Shown: piece after piece, positions 8,238-16,133 of the stretch | Layout: the number at the start of each line of letters is the position of its first letter | How positions within the stretch are numbered: position 1 is the stretch's first letter | NCBI GenBank assembly: GCA_964354975.1 | Contig: CAYHBS010000003.1 | Span: forward strand, 4,086 to 68,085 | DNA from: an uncultured Candidatus Saccharibacteria bacterium | GTDB taxonomy: Bacteria > Patescibacteriota > Minisyncoccia > Ryanbacterales > HO2-45-13 | Length of the DNA stretch: 64,000 bases | Direction of reading: 5' to 3' | The notes under the pieces: generated by a model | Told to the model about the DNA's origin: nothing | Database searches by the model: none | Seen by the model: the letters and a program-made list of their open reading frames with translations, nothing else | Translations under genes and position numbers: made by a program

Positions 8238-8966
8238 CTACCTTTGGACATCATAACCCACGCGTATTTTATCCCCCTCTTGTTTTATTTTTCTAATATT
8301 CACGTGTCGAATTTCTACAAGATCAGAAACAGGAGTTCCGCCGCAAGGCATATAGTAACCATCGTGCACAACCACACGAGCAAGCTCACCTTTTTCTGCG
8401 GAAAAATCTGGAGTGTAATGACAAATTTCTTTCATTTTCTCTCTAGTCATAAAGATGACTTGTGTCTTGCCTCTCTTTTGCACAGATTCATTACAAAGCC
8501 GTTCAATATCTACTTTTATTTTTTCTTTATCCAACCCTTCCAGTTTCCCCGCATATTCATCATAAGGCCCATCTGGAAAATGGTACCCTTTCCCTGGAAT
8601 CCAGTTCAACTTCAACTCAAAAATAGCTTTATCTACTAAGTGCCCTGCCGAATGAATGCGTGCATTGAGATTTCTCCGATCTTCATCTACGACGCATTTA
8701 ACCATATCATATACTTGAAAAGCACCATGCTCAAATTGTCCAATATGTTTTACGCCAGCATCAGAAAATCGCACTTCTTCAACTAAAAATTTACCTGAAA
8801 CGGACTCGATCGTTCCTTGATCATACGGCTGTCCGCCACCTTGTGGATAAAAAATAGTTTGATCAAGAATAACAACAATTTTTTCATTATATTCCGCAAC
8901 ATTCAATACTTTTGCTTCTAAATTCAGTAAATGGAAATCTTCTAAATAAAGTAATTTTGTTGCCAT
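8238..8966 (-). CDS. AlaX-like alanyl-tRNA editing protein
   Basis: TKLLYLED, LDQTIFYPQGGGQPYDQG, HSAGH, CGGTP (His of CGGTH replaced). Confidence 0.85.
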   Translation of the reverse strand: MATKLLYLEDFHLLNLEAKVLNVAEYNEKIVVILDQTIFYPQGGGQPYDQGTIESVSGKFLVEEVRFSDAGVKHIGQFEHGAFQVYDMVKCVVDEDRRNLNARIHSAGHLVDKAIFELKLNWIPGKGYHFPDGPYDEYAGKLEGLDKEKIKVDIERLCNESVQKRGKTQVIFMTREKMKEICHYTPDFSAEKGELARVVVHDGYYMPCGGTPVSDLVEIRHVNIRKIKQEGDKIRVGYDVQR

Positions 8967-8969
8967 GAT

Positions 8970-9046
8970 TTATTTTCTCATAAATCGGTTATATTCCTCC
9001 GTTTCCAAAGGCCCACACTTGTTGATATGCTACACGAATGGAAAAT
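8970..9046 (-). repeat. Junction site 2 (9015-9046) plus secA-like tail NKCGPLETEEYNRFMRK*
   Basis: Minus strand ATTTTCCATTCGTGTAGCATATC-AAC AAG TGT GGG CCT ... AGA AAA TAA; abuts the pgeF stop; tail stop is 3 nt before the AlaX ATG. Confidence 0.8.
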
Positions 9047-9745
9047 CTAAATTAAACCAATATATCCGACCATCACTTGCAGTTCTTTTGGTTTATCGCG
9101 ACGAAAGGAAAAATACTCGACTTCTTTGCAATATGTACAACATTCGCTGTCTTGTATATTACCCTCTTTCACCCCTGATTCTCTAAGCTGGGCTTTCATG
9201 ATCTTTGGGATATCAACAAAAACTTTTTCTTCTCTTTCACTCACACTCCCTGGGTAATTCCTGTAAAGTATTGCGTTTTCCGGCTTCACCTCAAAATGAC
9301 ATTGGCGAATCCCGGGGCTGATACCCACAACAAGCATATGCGGCACCGCGCCAAACGCTTGTGCCATTTCTACCACCATATTAGTTACTACGCCCCCTAC
9401 AAGACCTTTCCATCCGACATGCGCGATGCCGACTGCTTTGTGTATGGGATCATATAGATATAAGGGGAAACAATCCGCGCCAGTCACTGAAATAAAAAGA
9501 TTTTTAATATTGGTAACCAGCGCATCGGTTGAGCTGATCATCATCCCCGCCACTTCGTCAGAAACCCTTACAACTTTTGTTCCATGCACCAAGTCAGCTG
9601 TTACTACGCGATAGGGATCAATGCCTATTTTTCTAAAGTATACCTCCCTGTTCTCTTTTTCCAAATGTCGATGCATCGAACCATCCGTTCGATTCGAAAA
9701 CCCATATTTTAAATTCGTATATTTGGTAAATTGAGAAAAAACCAT
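9047..9745 (-). CDS. pgeF: PgeF/YfiH family (laccase-domain) peptidoglycan editing factor / purine nucleoside phosphorylase
   Basis: VHGTKV, TDALVT, GADCFP, AHVGWKG, SPGIRQCHFEV, YFSFRR. Confidence 0.88.
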   Translation of the reverse strand: MVFSQFTKYTNLKYGFSNRTDGSMHRHLEKENREVYFRKIGIDPYRVVTADLVHGTKVVRVSDEVAGMMISSTDALVTNIKNLFISVTGADCFPLYLYDPIHKAVGIAHVGWKGLVGGVVTNMVVEMAQAFGAVPHMLVVGISPGIRQCHFEVKPENAILYRNYPGSVSEREEKVFVDIPKIMKAQLRESGVKEGNIQDSECCTYCKEVEYFSFRRDKPKELQVMVGYIGLI

Positions 9746-9811
9746 TGTCTTTCTATTTGACTAGCATTTCGGCGTTACTTGCTACTCCAAAAAATCCAAT
9801 AAATACGGGCC

Positions 9812-9858
9812 TTATCCTTTCCCGTGACACTTCTTGATATGCGATATTAATGGGAAAG
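9812..9858 (-). repeat. Junction site 3 (9827-9858) plus secA-like tail KKCHGKG*
   Basis: Minus strand CTTTCCCATTAATATCGCATATC-AAG AAG TGT CAC GGG AAA GGA TAA; 9818-9829 identical to secA 10596-10607; CYTH stop lies inside the site. Confidence 0.85.
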
Positions 9859-10389
9859 ATAGTAAATCTGCGTATCATACCCCCTTGTCTCTTCATCACT
9901 CCGAGACAAACCAAGTGATTCTGCGACTCTAAAAAGTTCCTCTCTCACTACTTGTGGGTCTGCGTTGTCATCAGTCAGCTTCTCAAGTTCAACGTAACTT
10001 CCAAGTTGTTCAACTTCATCCAAACAAATTTCGTATTCGCCAAGCTTGCCCTTACGACGAATTTTTGTCACTTCGATTTCTGGTTGATAACCTAGAAGCA
10101 AAAGAATTTTGTGTATTGCCTTTGGATCACTTACTTTTGTTTCGTGCTCAGTATTGTCCATTTCACCTGATCGTTGTTGTTTTACATTAAACTCCGCGAA
10201 ATCTTTTTGATATCGTATTCGCGGCATAATATCGCCTTCTTTTGCGTTTTTCCACTCATCAATGCCTCCCTTTGAGTAGTTAACATCGTGCTGACTAATT
10301 GGATCAGAAAGAAAACAACCTTTTTCTTCAAGTTGTCTTTGAAGCTCGGCTTTATTTTTTACCTTAAGTTTTATTTCAATTTCGCGCAC
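9847..10389 (-). CDS. CYTH domain protein (class IV adenylate cyclase-like)
   Basis: REIEIKLK (ExExK), RIR, K.RR, ICLDEVEQLGSYVELE, GY. Confidence 0.88.
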   Translation of the reverse strand: MREIEIKLKVKNKAELQRQLEEKGCFLSDPISQHDVNYSKGGIDEWKNAKEGDIMPRIRYQKDFAEFNVKQQRSGEMDNTEHETKVSDPKAIHKILLLLGYQPEIEVTKIRRKGKLGEYEICLDEVEQLGSYVELEKLTDDNADPQVVREELFRVAESLGLSRSDEETRGYDTQIYYLSH

Positions 10390-10426
10390 AATAAAGGGTT
10401 TTACTTTTTCCTAATTATATAACACT

Positions 10427-10474
10427 TTAGAAGTTTTTAGCTAAATGGCAGCGTTTATATTTCTTCCCCGATCC
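10427..10474 (-). pseudogene. Displaced secA 3' fragment GSGKKYKRCHLAKNF*
   Basis: Second half of a canonical SEC-C motif ~110 nt downstream of the functional secA stop. Confidence 0.75.
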
Positions 10475-10475
10475 A

Positions 10476-10564
10476 TCCCACACCAAAAAATCGTACGATC
10501 TCGCGCTTCGCCCATCGAGGGTGGGGCTATGCGCCCACGCACTCGATCTGGGGTTGGTGCGGGA
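10476..10564 (-). other. ~90-nt structured element between secA stop and displaced tail
   Basis: Outer stem TCCCGCACCAA/TTGGTGTGGGA (G-U on minus), inner ATCGAG/CTCGAT and GTGGG/CCCAC. Confidence 0.55.
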
Positions 10565-10586
10565 CTCCGCTTTTTTACGTATCATA

Positions 10587-13229
10587 CTAAGTATTTTTCC
10601 CGTGACAATGCTTATACTTCTTTGGGCGGCCATCTGACAGCGTCGCTCCGCACGGGCAAGGATCATTGCGTCCAATTTTTTCTCCCTTCTTGTCGCGCGG
10701 CGTGCTGGGGAGATTTCCTCCCGAACCAAGCATTACTTGCGAGGGTCGCAGTTGATGTTTTTCTTTTTCGTCGGCGGCTTTAATAATATTTTGAGTAAAA
10801 AGCTCTTCGAGCGTTTGGTGGAAAGTACGAAATAGTCGCGAAGCTTCATTCTTATATTCCACTAGCGGATCGCGCTGTCCATATGCACGAAGACGTACAG
10901 AGCTTCGTGTATATTCCATTAACTCCAAGTGATCCCGCCATAAATAATCAATCACCTGCAAATACACGGATCGTACAACATCATAAAATTTGTCCCCTTC
11001 TCGCTCTTTGCGTAATTGCACTGCCGATGATCCTACCTCAAGTACGACACTGCGCACCGCCGCAGCATCGGAAACGGCTTCCAGTCGCGAAAACATATCG
11101 CGTTCGTGAAAATTTGCTTCAAGTAATTTTGCAAGGTCATCCAGCCGCCAATGATCACGAATATCTCCGGTGTGCGCGTCGGCGATGCGTGTGAGTGATG
11201 CGGTGAGCGCCTGCTGTAGTTTTTCCTCAAGAAACACATTGTCCGCAAATAACATTTCTCTTCGCTCGCGGTATACCGCGCTACGCTGCTTGGTGAGCAC
11301 TGTATCATAGTCGAGTAAATGTTTTCGCGCATCGAAATGAAATCCTTCAATACGCGCTTGCGCAGATTCAATCTGTCTCGACACCATTTTGGATTCTATT
11401 GGCTGATCTTCCGGCACTCCAAGCGTGCCCATGAGTCCTTTTAATTTCTCGGAACCAAACACGCGCATCAGTTCATCCTCGAGAGAAATATAAAATTGTG
11501 TCGTCCCCGGGTCGCCCTGGCGTCCTGCGCGGCCTCGCAGCTGATTGTCGATTCGCCTGGCTTCGTGCCTCACCGTACCAATGACGAGCAGTCCCCCAAG
11601 TGCGCATACTTCCATAGCGGTGGTCGCGTGATAGGGCGCCCCTCCGAGAATGATATCGACTCCGCGTCCCGCCATGTTTGTTGCCACGGTCACCGCGCCC
11701 TTCCGTCCGGCTTGCGCAATAATTTCTCCTTCACGCTCGTGATTCTTCGCGTTCAGCATCTCATGCTTGATGCCCTCCACTTTCAGTAGGGCGGAGAGTT
11801 TTTCATTTTGCTCAATAGATACGGTACCCACAAGCACCGGGCGTCCGATGTTATGCGCCTCCGCGATGGAGCGTACGACGGCCTTCCACTTTCCTTCTTC
11901 GCTCTGAAATATTGCGTCGGGAAGATCCGCGCGCACCGCAATGCGGTGGGTGGGCACAATCATGACGTTCAGATTGTATACTTGCTGAAATTCTTCCTCG
12001 GAAGTCTTTCCCGTACCTGTCATTCCGGAAAGCTTTTCATACATTTTGAAATAATTTTGAAATGTCACCGACGCGAGTGTGCGCGATTCTTTCTGAACGG
12101 CGACCCCCTCTTTTGCCTCTACTGCTTGATGGAGTCCATCGGACCACCGACGCCCCGGCATCAAGCGTCCTGTAAATTCATCAACGATAACGACTTGCCC
12201 GTTCCGGACTACATAATCTTGATCACGGTGAAAAAGTCCGTGCGCACGGAGCGCTTGTTCGAGGTGCCGGACATATTTGATACCTTTCTCATTATAAATA
12301 TCCCCGATGCCAAGCTGTGCTTCAACGTACTCAATTCCTTCTTCGGTAAGGGTGACTGCTTTTTGCTTTTCATCAACTTCGAAATGTTTATCGCGCTTCA
12401 GCATGGGAACAAGTTTCGAAAACACCTGGTACAGTTCGCCAGACGCTTCGTCCGGAGCAGAAATAATGAGCGGCGTGCGCGCTTCGTCAATCAAGATGGA
12501 ATCTACTTCGTCAACAATCGCAAAAAAGTGTTCTCGCTGACGAATGCCGCTCCTGCCATGCTCCAAGTTGTCCCGCAACCAATCAAAGCCAAATTCATTG
12601 TTCGTGCCGTATGTAATATCGGTCGCGTAGGCTTCGTGTCGCGTACAGGGGCGCAGAAATTCTTGCACCACGTGGAAGCTTGCCGTTGCGTCGCGTTCGG
12701 CTTCCGGCACGTCACTCTTTGCTTTCCCCCACTCTGGGTCGTATATGTATGAGGTGTCGTGCGTAATGCAACCCACAGATAATCCGAGCGCGGAATAAAT
12801 CTGTCCCATCCACGCCGCATCACGACGTGCGAGATAGTCGTTCACCGTGATCACGTGTACGCCTTGGCCGGTGAGCGCATTGAGTGCGACCGCGGGAGTT
12901 GCCGCAAGCGTCTTTCCTTCTCCGGTGCGCATTTCTGCAATGTTCCCTTGGTGGAGCGTGATGGCGCCGAGGAGCTGTACATCGTAATGTCTTTGCCCAA
13001 GGGTGCGGCGCGCCGCCTCGCGAGTTGCCGCAAACATCGGAACAAGAAATTCATCCACATCAGACCCATTGGCAACTTGGCTTTTCAGCGTGGCTACTTT
13101 TTCTTTGAGTGCTCCGTCAGAAAGCGCTTTCCATTCTTCCTCTGCGGTGTTCACCCCCGCAACGAGCGGCCTCCATTGTTCAAGCTGCTTTGAAGACGCG
13201 TCTCCAAAGAGCGTTGAGAGTATCGACAT
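10587..13229 (-). CDS. secA: Preprotein translocase ATPase SecA
   Basis: MRTGEGKT, DEVDSILIDEARTPLIISA, ATNMAGRG, QLRGRAGRQGDPG, GRNDPCPCG...KKYKHCHG. Confidence 0.99.
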   Translation of the reverse strand: MSILSTLFGDASSKQLEQWRPLVAGVNTAEEEWKALSDGALKEKVATLKSQVANGSDVDEFLVPMFAATREAARRTLGQRHYDVQLLGAITLHQGNIAEMRTGEGKTLAATPAVALNALTGQGVHVITVNDYLARRDAAWMGQIYSALGLSVGCITHDTSYIYDPEWGKAKSDVPEAERDATASFHVVQEFLRPCTRHEAYATDITYGTNNEFGFDWLRDNLEHGRSGIRQREHFFAIVDEVDSILIDEARTPLIISAPDEASGELYQVFSKLVPMLKRDKHFEVDEKQKAVTLTEEGIEYVEAQLGIGDIYNEKGIKYVRHLEQALRAHGLFHRDQDYVVRNGQVVIVDEFTGRLMPGRRWSDGLHQAVEAKEGVAVQKESRTLASVTFQNYFKMYEKLSGMTGTGKTSEEEFQQVYNLNVMIVPTHRIAVRADLPDAIFQSEEGKWKAVVRSIAEAHNIGRPVLVGTVSIEQNEKLSALLKVEGIKHEMLNAKNHEREGEIIAQAGRKGAVTVATNMAGRGVDIILGGAPYHATTAMEVCALGGLLVIGTVRHEARRIDNQLRGRAGRQGDPGTTQFYISLEDELMRVFGSEKLKGLMGTLGVPEDQPIESKMVSRQIESAQARIEGFHFDARKHLLDYDTVLTKQRSAVYRERREMLFADNVFLEEKLQQALTASLTRIADAHTGDIRDHWRLDDLAKLLEANFHERDMFSRLEAVSDAAAVRSVVLEVGSSAVQLRKEREGDKFYDVVRSVYLQVIDYLWRDHLELMEYTRSSVRLRAYGQRDPLVEYKNEASRLFRTFHQTLEELFTQNIIKAADEKEKHQLRPSQVMLGSGGNLPSTPRDKKGEKIGRNDPCPCGATLSDGRPKKYKHCHGKNT

Positions 13230-13282
13230 AATTTGCACATTCTAGCGCTGAAATTGACGAAACGCAACGCGGCACGTACCCG

Positions 13283-14653
13283 CTAATTCAAATACCCCCA
13301 ACTCTGGAGCCGATCGGAGTCTTCGTTCCAGCGAAGCCCAATATCAGTTCTGTAAAACATATTTTGGAGCTGAATATTTTCGATGCGGTTGTATGCCTGA
13401 CGCCGCGCTTCTGCAACCGTACTTCCCGCCCCAGTCACCACAAGCGCATACCCGGTGACGCCCGCAAGGCGCCACGAACTTCCCACTTTACGCACCTCTC
13501 CGATCCACACTCCTTCTGGATTTGGCTTTGTAAAAAATATAGAGGAGTCGCGATATACCGCCATCTCCGCTTTACTGATATATGGGAATGGGGGCACGGC
13601 AATCACCACGCCGATTTGAAACCCTCGTTTTGTCGATATTTCCAGAGATTCACCTGCAGCCATTTTGTACAGTAGCTCTCCCATTGGAGTCGCAATCCCC
13701 TCCATTTGGATACTAATTGTGGGGTAGCCAAAGCGTGACGTAAACTCGAGCGGATACATGCCGCGTGCATTCGCAATACAATTAATATCAATATAGCCAA
13801 CATACGCACACGCCCGCAATTTTTCTGTCATTTTCTCGAGGGTTTGCCGAAAGATTGAATTCGGTTCAGACCAATACATCAGTGTGCCCATCTCCCCCAC
13901 CATGGGGCCTAAATCTCCCGGGTAGAGCCGCTTGTGTTCGAAGTTGATGTTCACCGGAAGCAAGAATTCTTTGCCGTTGAAAAATGCGCCGACCGCAATT
14001 TCGACACCCGTGACAAATTTCTGTATGTGAAAATTCGGCATCACATGGGACCACCCCTCTTTATTCTGTTCCAACATTTCGATGAGATCCTTCCCGTCTT
14101 CTTCTTTACCAATGAATACGTTCGTCCGGCTGTCGTATGAAACGTCTCCAGATGGCTTAAATACATATCTCCCTGGATGTGCTTTGAGAAATTTAATTGC
14201 GTCGTCGTAATCGTTGAAATTCCAGCTTGGTGGTGTGAGCATCCCCACGTCCGACATTTCTGTTTGCCCAAACTCACGATCGGCCTCGAGTCGATCGGTA
14301 TATTCGCTTCCACCCACTACTAATTTCCCCGCCGCACGAAGTTCGTCCGCCTTAGAACCAAACCCAATTGTGTCGAAGATCACCACATCTGCCCAATCGA
14401 GGTGTTGCTTCCAATGCTTTATTTTTTCAATAAATCCGTCATAGACATCCTGATCAAGTGCTTGTGAAATGTACATCTTTACGTGATGCCCCTCTTCTTT
14501 CAGCTGTAACGCCACCGAACCACTTAATGCTTCATCGGAAACAAATAAAAACTTCTTCCGTTTAAATTGCGGAAACTTGGATCCATTTGATTTCACTCCA
14601 TTGGTTCCGTTCTGCGAATGTTTCGCGTCCAGCTTTTCGCGCGGTTCAGACAT
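13283..14653 (-). CDS. PurD-like ATP-grasp protein (phosphoribosylamine--glycine ligase family, divergent)
   Basis: LEADREFG, YVFKP, EHKRLYPGDLGPMVGEMG, LEFTSRFGYP, YRTDIG. Confidence 0.75.
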   Translation of the reverse strand: MSEPREKLDAKHSQNGTNGVKSNGSKFPQFKRKKFLFVSDEALSGSVALQLKEEGHHVKMYISQALDQDVYDGFIEKIKHWKQHLDWADVVIFDTIGFGSKADELRAAGKLVVGGSEYTDRLEADREFGQTEMSDVGMLTPPSWNFNDYDDAIKFLKAHPGRYVFKPSGDVSYDSRTNVFIGKEEDGKDLIEMLEQNKEGWSHVMPNFHIQKFVTGVEIAVGAFFNGKEFLLPVNINFEHKRLYPGDLGPMVGEMGTLMYWSEPNSIFRQTLEKMTEKLRACAYVGYIDINCIANARGMYPLEFTSRFGYPTISIQMEGIATPMGELLYKMAAGESLEISTKRGFQIGVVIAVPPFPYISKAEMAVYRDSSIFFTKPNPEGVWIGEVRKVGSSWRLAGVTGYALVVTGAGSTVAEARRQAYNRIENIQLQNMFYRTDIGLRWNEDSDRLQSWGYLN

Positions 14654-14682
14654 GTTGCGTATGTAGTCTAGCAATATCAAAG

Positions 14683-14715
14683 AAAAAAAGAAGCACACGT
14701 GTGCACATACGCTTC
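14683..14715 (-). terminator. Intrinsic terminator after hpf
   Basis: GAAGCGTATGTG-CA-CACGTGTGCTTC then T7. Confidence 0.75.
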
Positions 14716-14728
14716 TCTTGTATGTTAC

Positions 14729-15094
14729 TTACGAAGTCCAGCGTCGCAGAAAATCCTTAAACCTTCTTCCCCCTTCTCGCTGATGTGTGCGTCCCTTATC
14801 TTTATATTTTTTTGTTTCCCGTACGATGTCTTCTTCCACCACGTCGATTGCCGTATGAATATCCTCTGCGGTATGTTCGGAGCGAATCATTTGTCCCCCA
14901 ATTGAAAGATTTGCCTCTGCGCGCCACACATCTCCTTTCTTGTGATGTCTCGTCGTCAGTTCCAACTCTATATCGAGCATCGCACTATCATCGCCCTCCA
15001 CAAGTGGTGTGAGCGACGCAACGATCTTCCCCTCCACATATTCACGAAGCGCGGGGGTGAGTGTCGTTCCGTTCGCATGAATATTTGTTCTCAT
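14729..15094 (-). CDS. raiA: Ribosome hibernation factor HPF/RaiA (short form)
   Basis: LTPALREYVEGKI, TTRHHKKGDVWRAE, EDIHTAID. Confidence 0.9.
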   Translation of the reverse strand: MRTNIHANGTTLTPALREYVEGKIVASLTPLVEGDDSAMLDIELELTTRHHKKGDVWRAEANLSIGGQMIRSEHTAEDIHTAIDVVEEDIVRETKKYKDKGRTHQREGGRRFKDFLRRWTS

Positions 15095-15166
15095 ATCTTC
15101 AGTGTATCACGGGCGTATAAATAAAACAGTGCCACGAAACGCGCATGCGCCACTGCACACTGCGGG

Positions 15167-16042
15167 CTAAACTTTGTCAAAACCAATAAACTGAATTTCT
15201 GGTTCGAGCTCGATCGCAAACTTTTCTTTCACCACTGCTTTTGCGTGAGTTGCAAGCGCGGCAACGTCTCCGGCGGTCGCGTGATGCGCATTTAAGAAAT
15301 AATTCGCATGGCGTTGAGAAATTTGCGCACCACCAATGACATACCCTTTCAGACCCGCCTCGTCAATCAGCTTTCCTGCGGGCATATCTGGGGAAGGATT
15401 TTTAAACATACATCCTGCGCACTGGGCGCCGATATCTTGCTTTGCAATACGCTCAACCGTAAATGCCTTTACTGTTTTCTGACTTTCTTCTTTGTTGCCC
15501 GGATTGAGACGGAACGTCGCTTCCAAAATAATAAACTCGGGACGCCGCTTAAACATTGAATCCCTATACCCGAACTCACACACGCTTGCCGGTAATGTTT
15601 CCGTCTCCCCTGTTTCGGAGTTCAGCACAAACACGCTATCGAGTACGCGCGCAACGTCTCCCCCAAAGCACCCCGCATTTCCCCGCACTGATCCGCCCAC
15701 GAATCCGGGTATACCAATTGCCCACTCAATACCGGTGAGCCCTTCTGCAACTGCACCACTCACGACTTTCGCCATTGGCACACCAGATCCTGCAGTAATG
15801 GTGTGCAACTCGGTAAACATTCGTCTTAAATTCATCTTGATGACGAGCCCCGCATATCCATCATCAGCAATGAGTACATTAGAGCCCCCCGAAATCACGA
15901 TAAACGGCACTCGGTGTGACATTGCAAATGCAACCGCTTCTTTGACATCTCCCACCGAGGAGGCGACCGCAAAAAAACGCGCGGGCCCGCCAATTTTAAA
16001 ATACGTGTGAGGTGCGAGTGGCACCGCGCTTTGAATTTCCAT
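15167..16042 (-). CDS. murB: UDP-N-acetylmuramate dehydrogenase
   Basis: LAPHTYFKIGGPA, GGSNVL, GIPG.VGG.V.GNAG, FGYRDS, AGCMFKNP, HANYF, LEPE. Confidence 0.97.
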   Translation of the reverse strand: MEIQSAVPLAPHTYFKIGGPARFFAVASSVGDVKEAVAFAMSHRVPFIVISGGSNVLIADDGYAGLVIKMNLRRMFTELHTITAGSGVPMAKVVSGAVAEGLTGIEWAIGIPGFVGGSVRGNAGCFGGDVARVLDSVFVLNSETGETETLPASVCEFGYRDSMFKRRPEFIILEATFRLNPGNKEESQKTVKAFTVERIAKQDIGAQCAGCMFKNPSPDMPAGKLIDEAGLKGYVIGGAQISQRHANYFLNAHHATAGDVAALATHAKAVVKEKFAIELEPEIQFIGFDKV

Positions 16043-16043
16043 A

Positions 16044-16133
16044 TCAGTACTTAAGCGGCCAGAGAGAGGTCCGACTCCGAACTACGTCTATGAGTGCCGT
16101 CTCTCTGGCCACTGAAATACTGAATCTCTCCAT
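16044..16133 (-). CDS. Candidate 29-aa leader peptide (uORF) coupled to murB
   Basis: MERFSISVARETALIDVVRSRTSLWPLKY*; TGA-T-ATG junction with murB; TATAAT at 16153-16148. Confidence 0.35.
   Translation of the reverse strand: MERFSISVARETALIDVVRSRTSLWPLKY

Larger units (their letters stand above)
8174..10586 (-). mobile_element. Putative tandem array of integrase-less single-gene cassettes accreted at the secA 3' end
   Basis: Three copies of a ~30-bp junction site, each fused in frame to a SecA-like SEC-C tail; a fourth tail at 10427-10474; AT-richer co-oriented cargo genes. Confidence 0.7.

Noticed and set aside
8209-8238. Resemblance to a Firmicutes-type dif site (ACTTC...ATG.AAA arms)
   Set aside because: Only partial arm matches from memory, with an 8-bp spacer. 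The ACTTCTT arm is explained by SecA K-K-C codons. Xer involvement is not excluded but is unsupported.
8079-8639. 186-aa plus-strand ORF across site 1
   Set aside because: Antisense to AlaX and the NTP-PPase; Phe/Ile-rich shadow composition and no recombinase motifs.
8207-9858. Junction repeats as a CRISPR array
   Set aside because: Spacing is ~810 bp with whole genes between repeats, and there are no cas genes.
8207-9858. Junction repeats as classical integron attC sites
   Set aside because: No RYYYAAC...GTTRRRY ends or long imperfect hairpin, and no intI in the window.
10427-10729. 100-aa ORF overlapping the secA end as a real gene or frameshift product
   Set aside because: It is mostly an alternative frame of secA; only the last 15 codons are meaningful (displaced tail). 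No slippery site was recognised.
11808-12752. 314-aa plus-strand ORF
   Set aside because: Antisense shadow of secA with no recognisable motifs.
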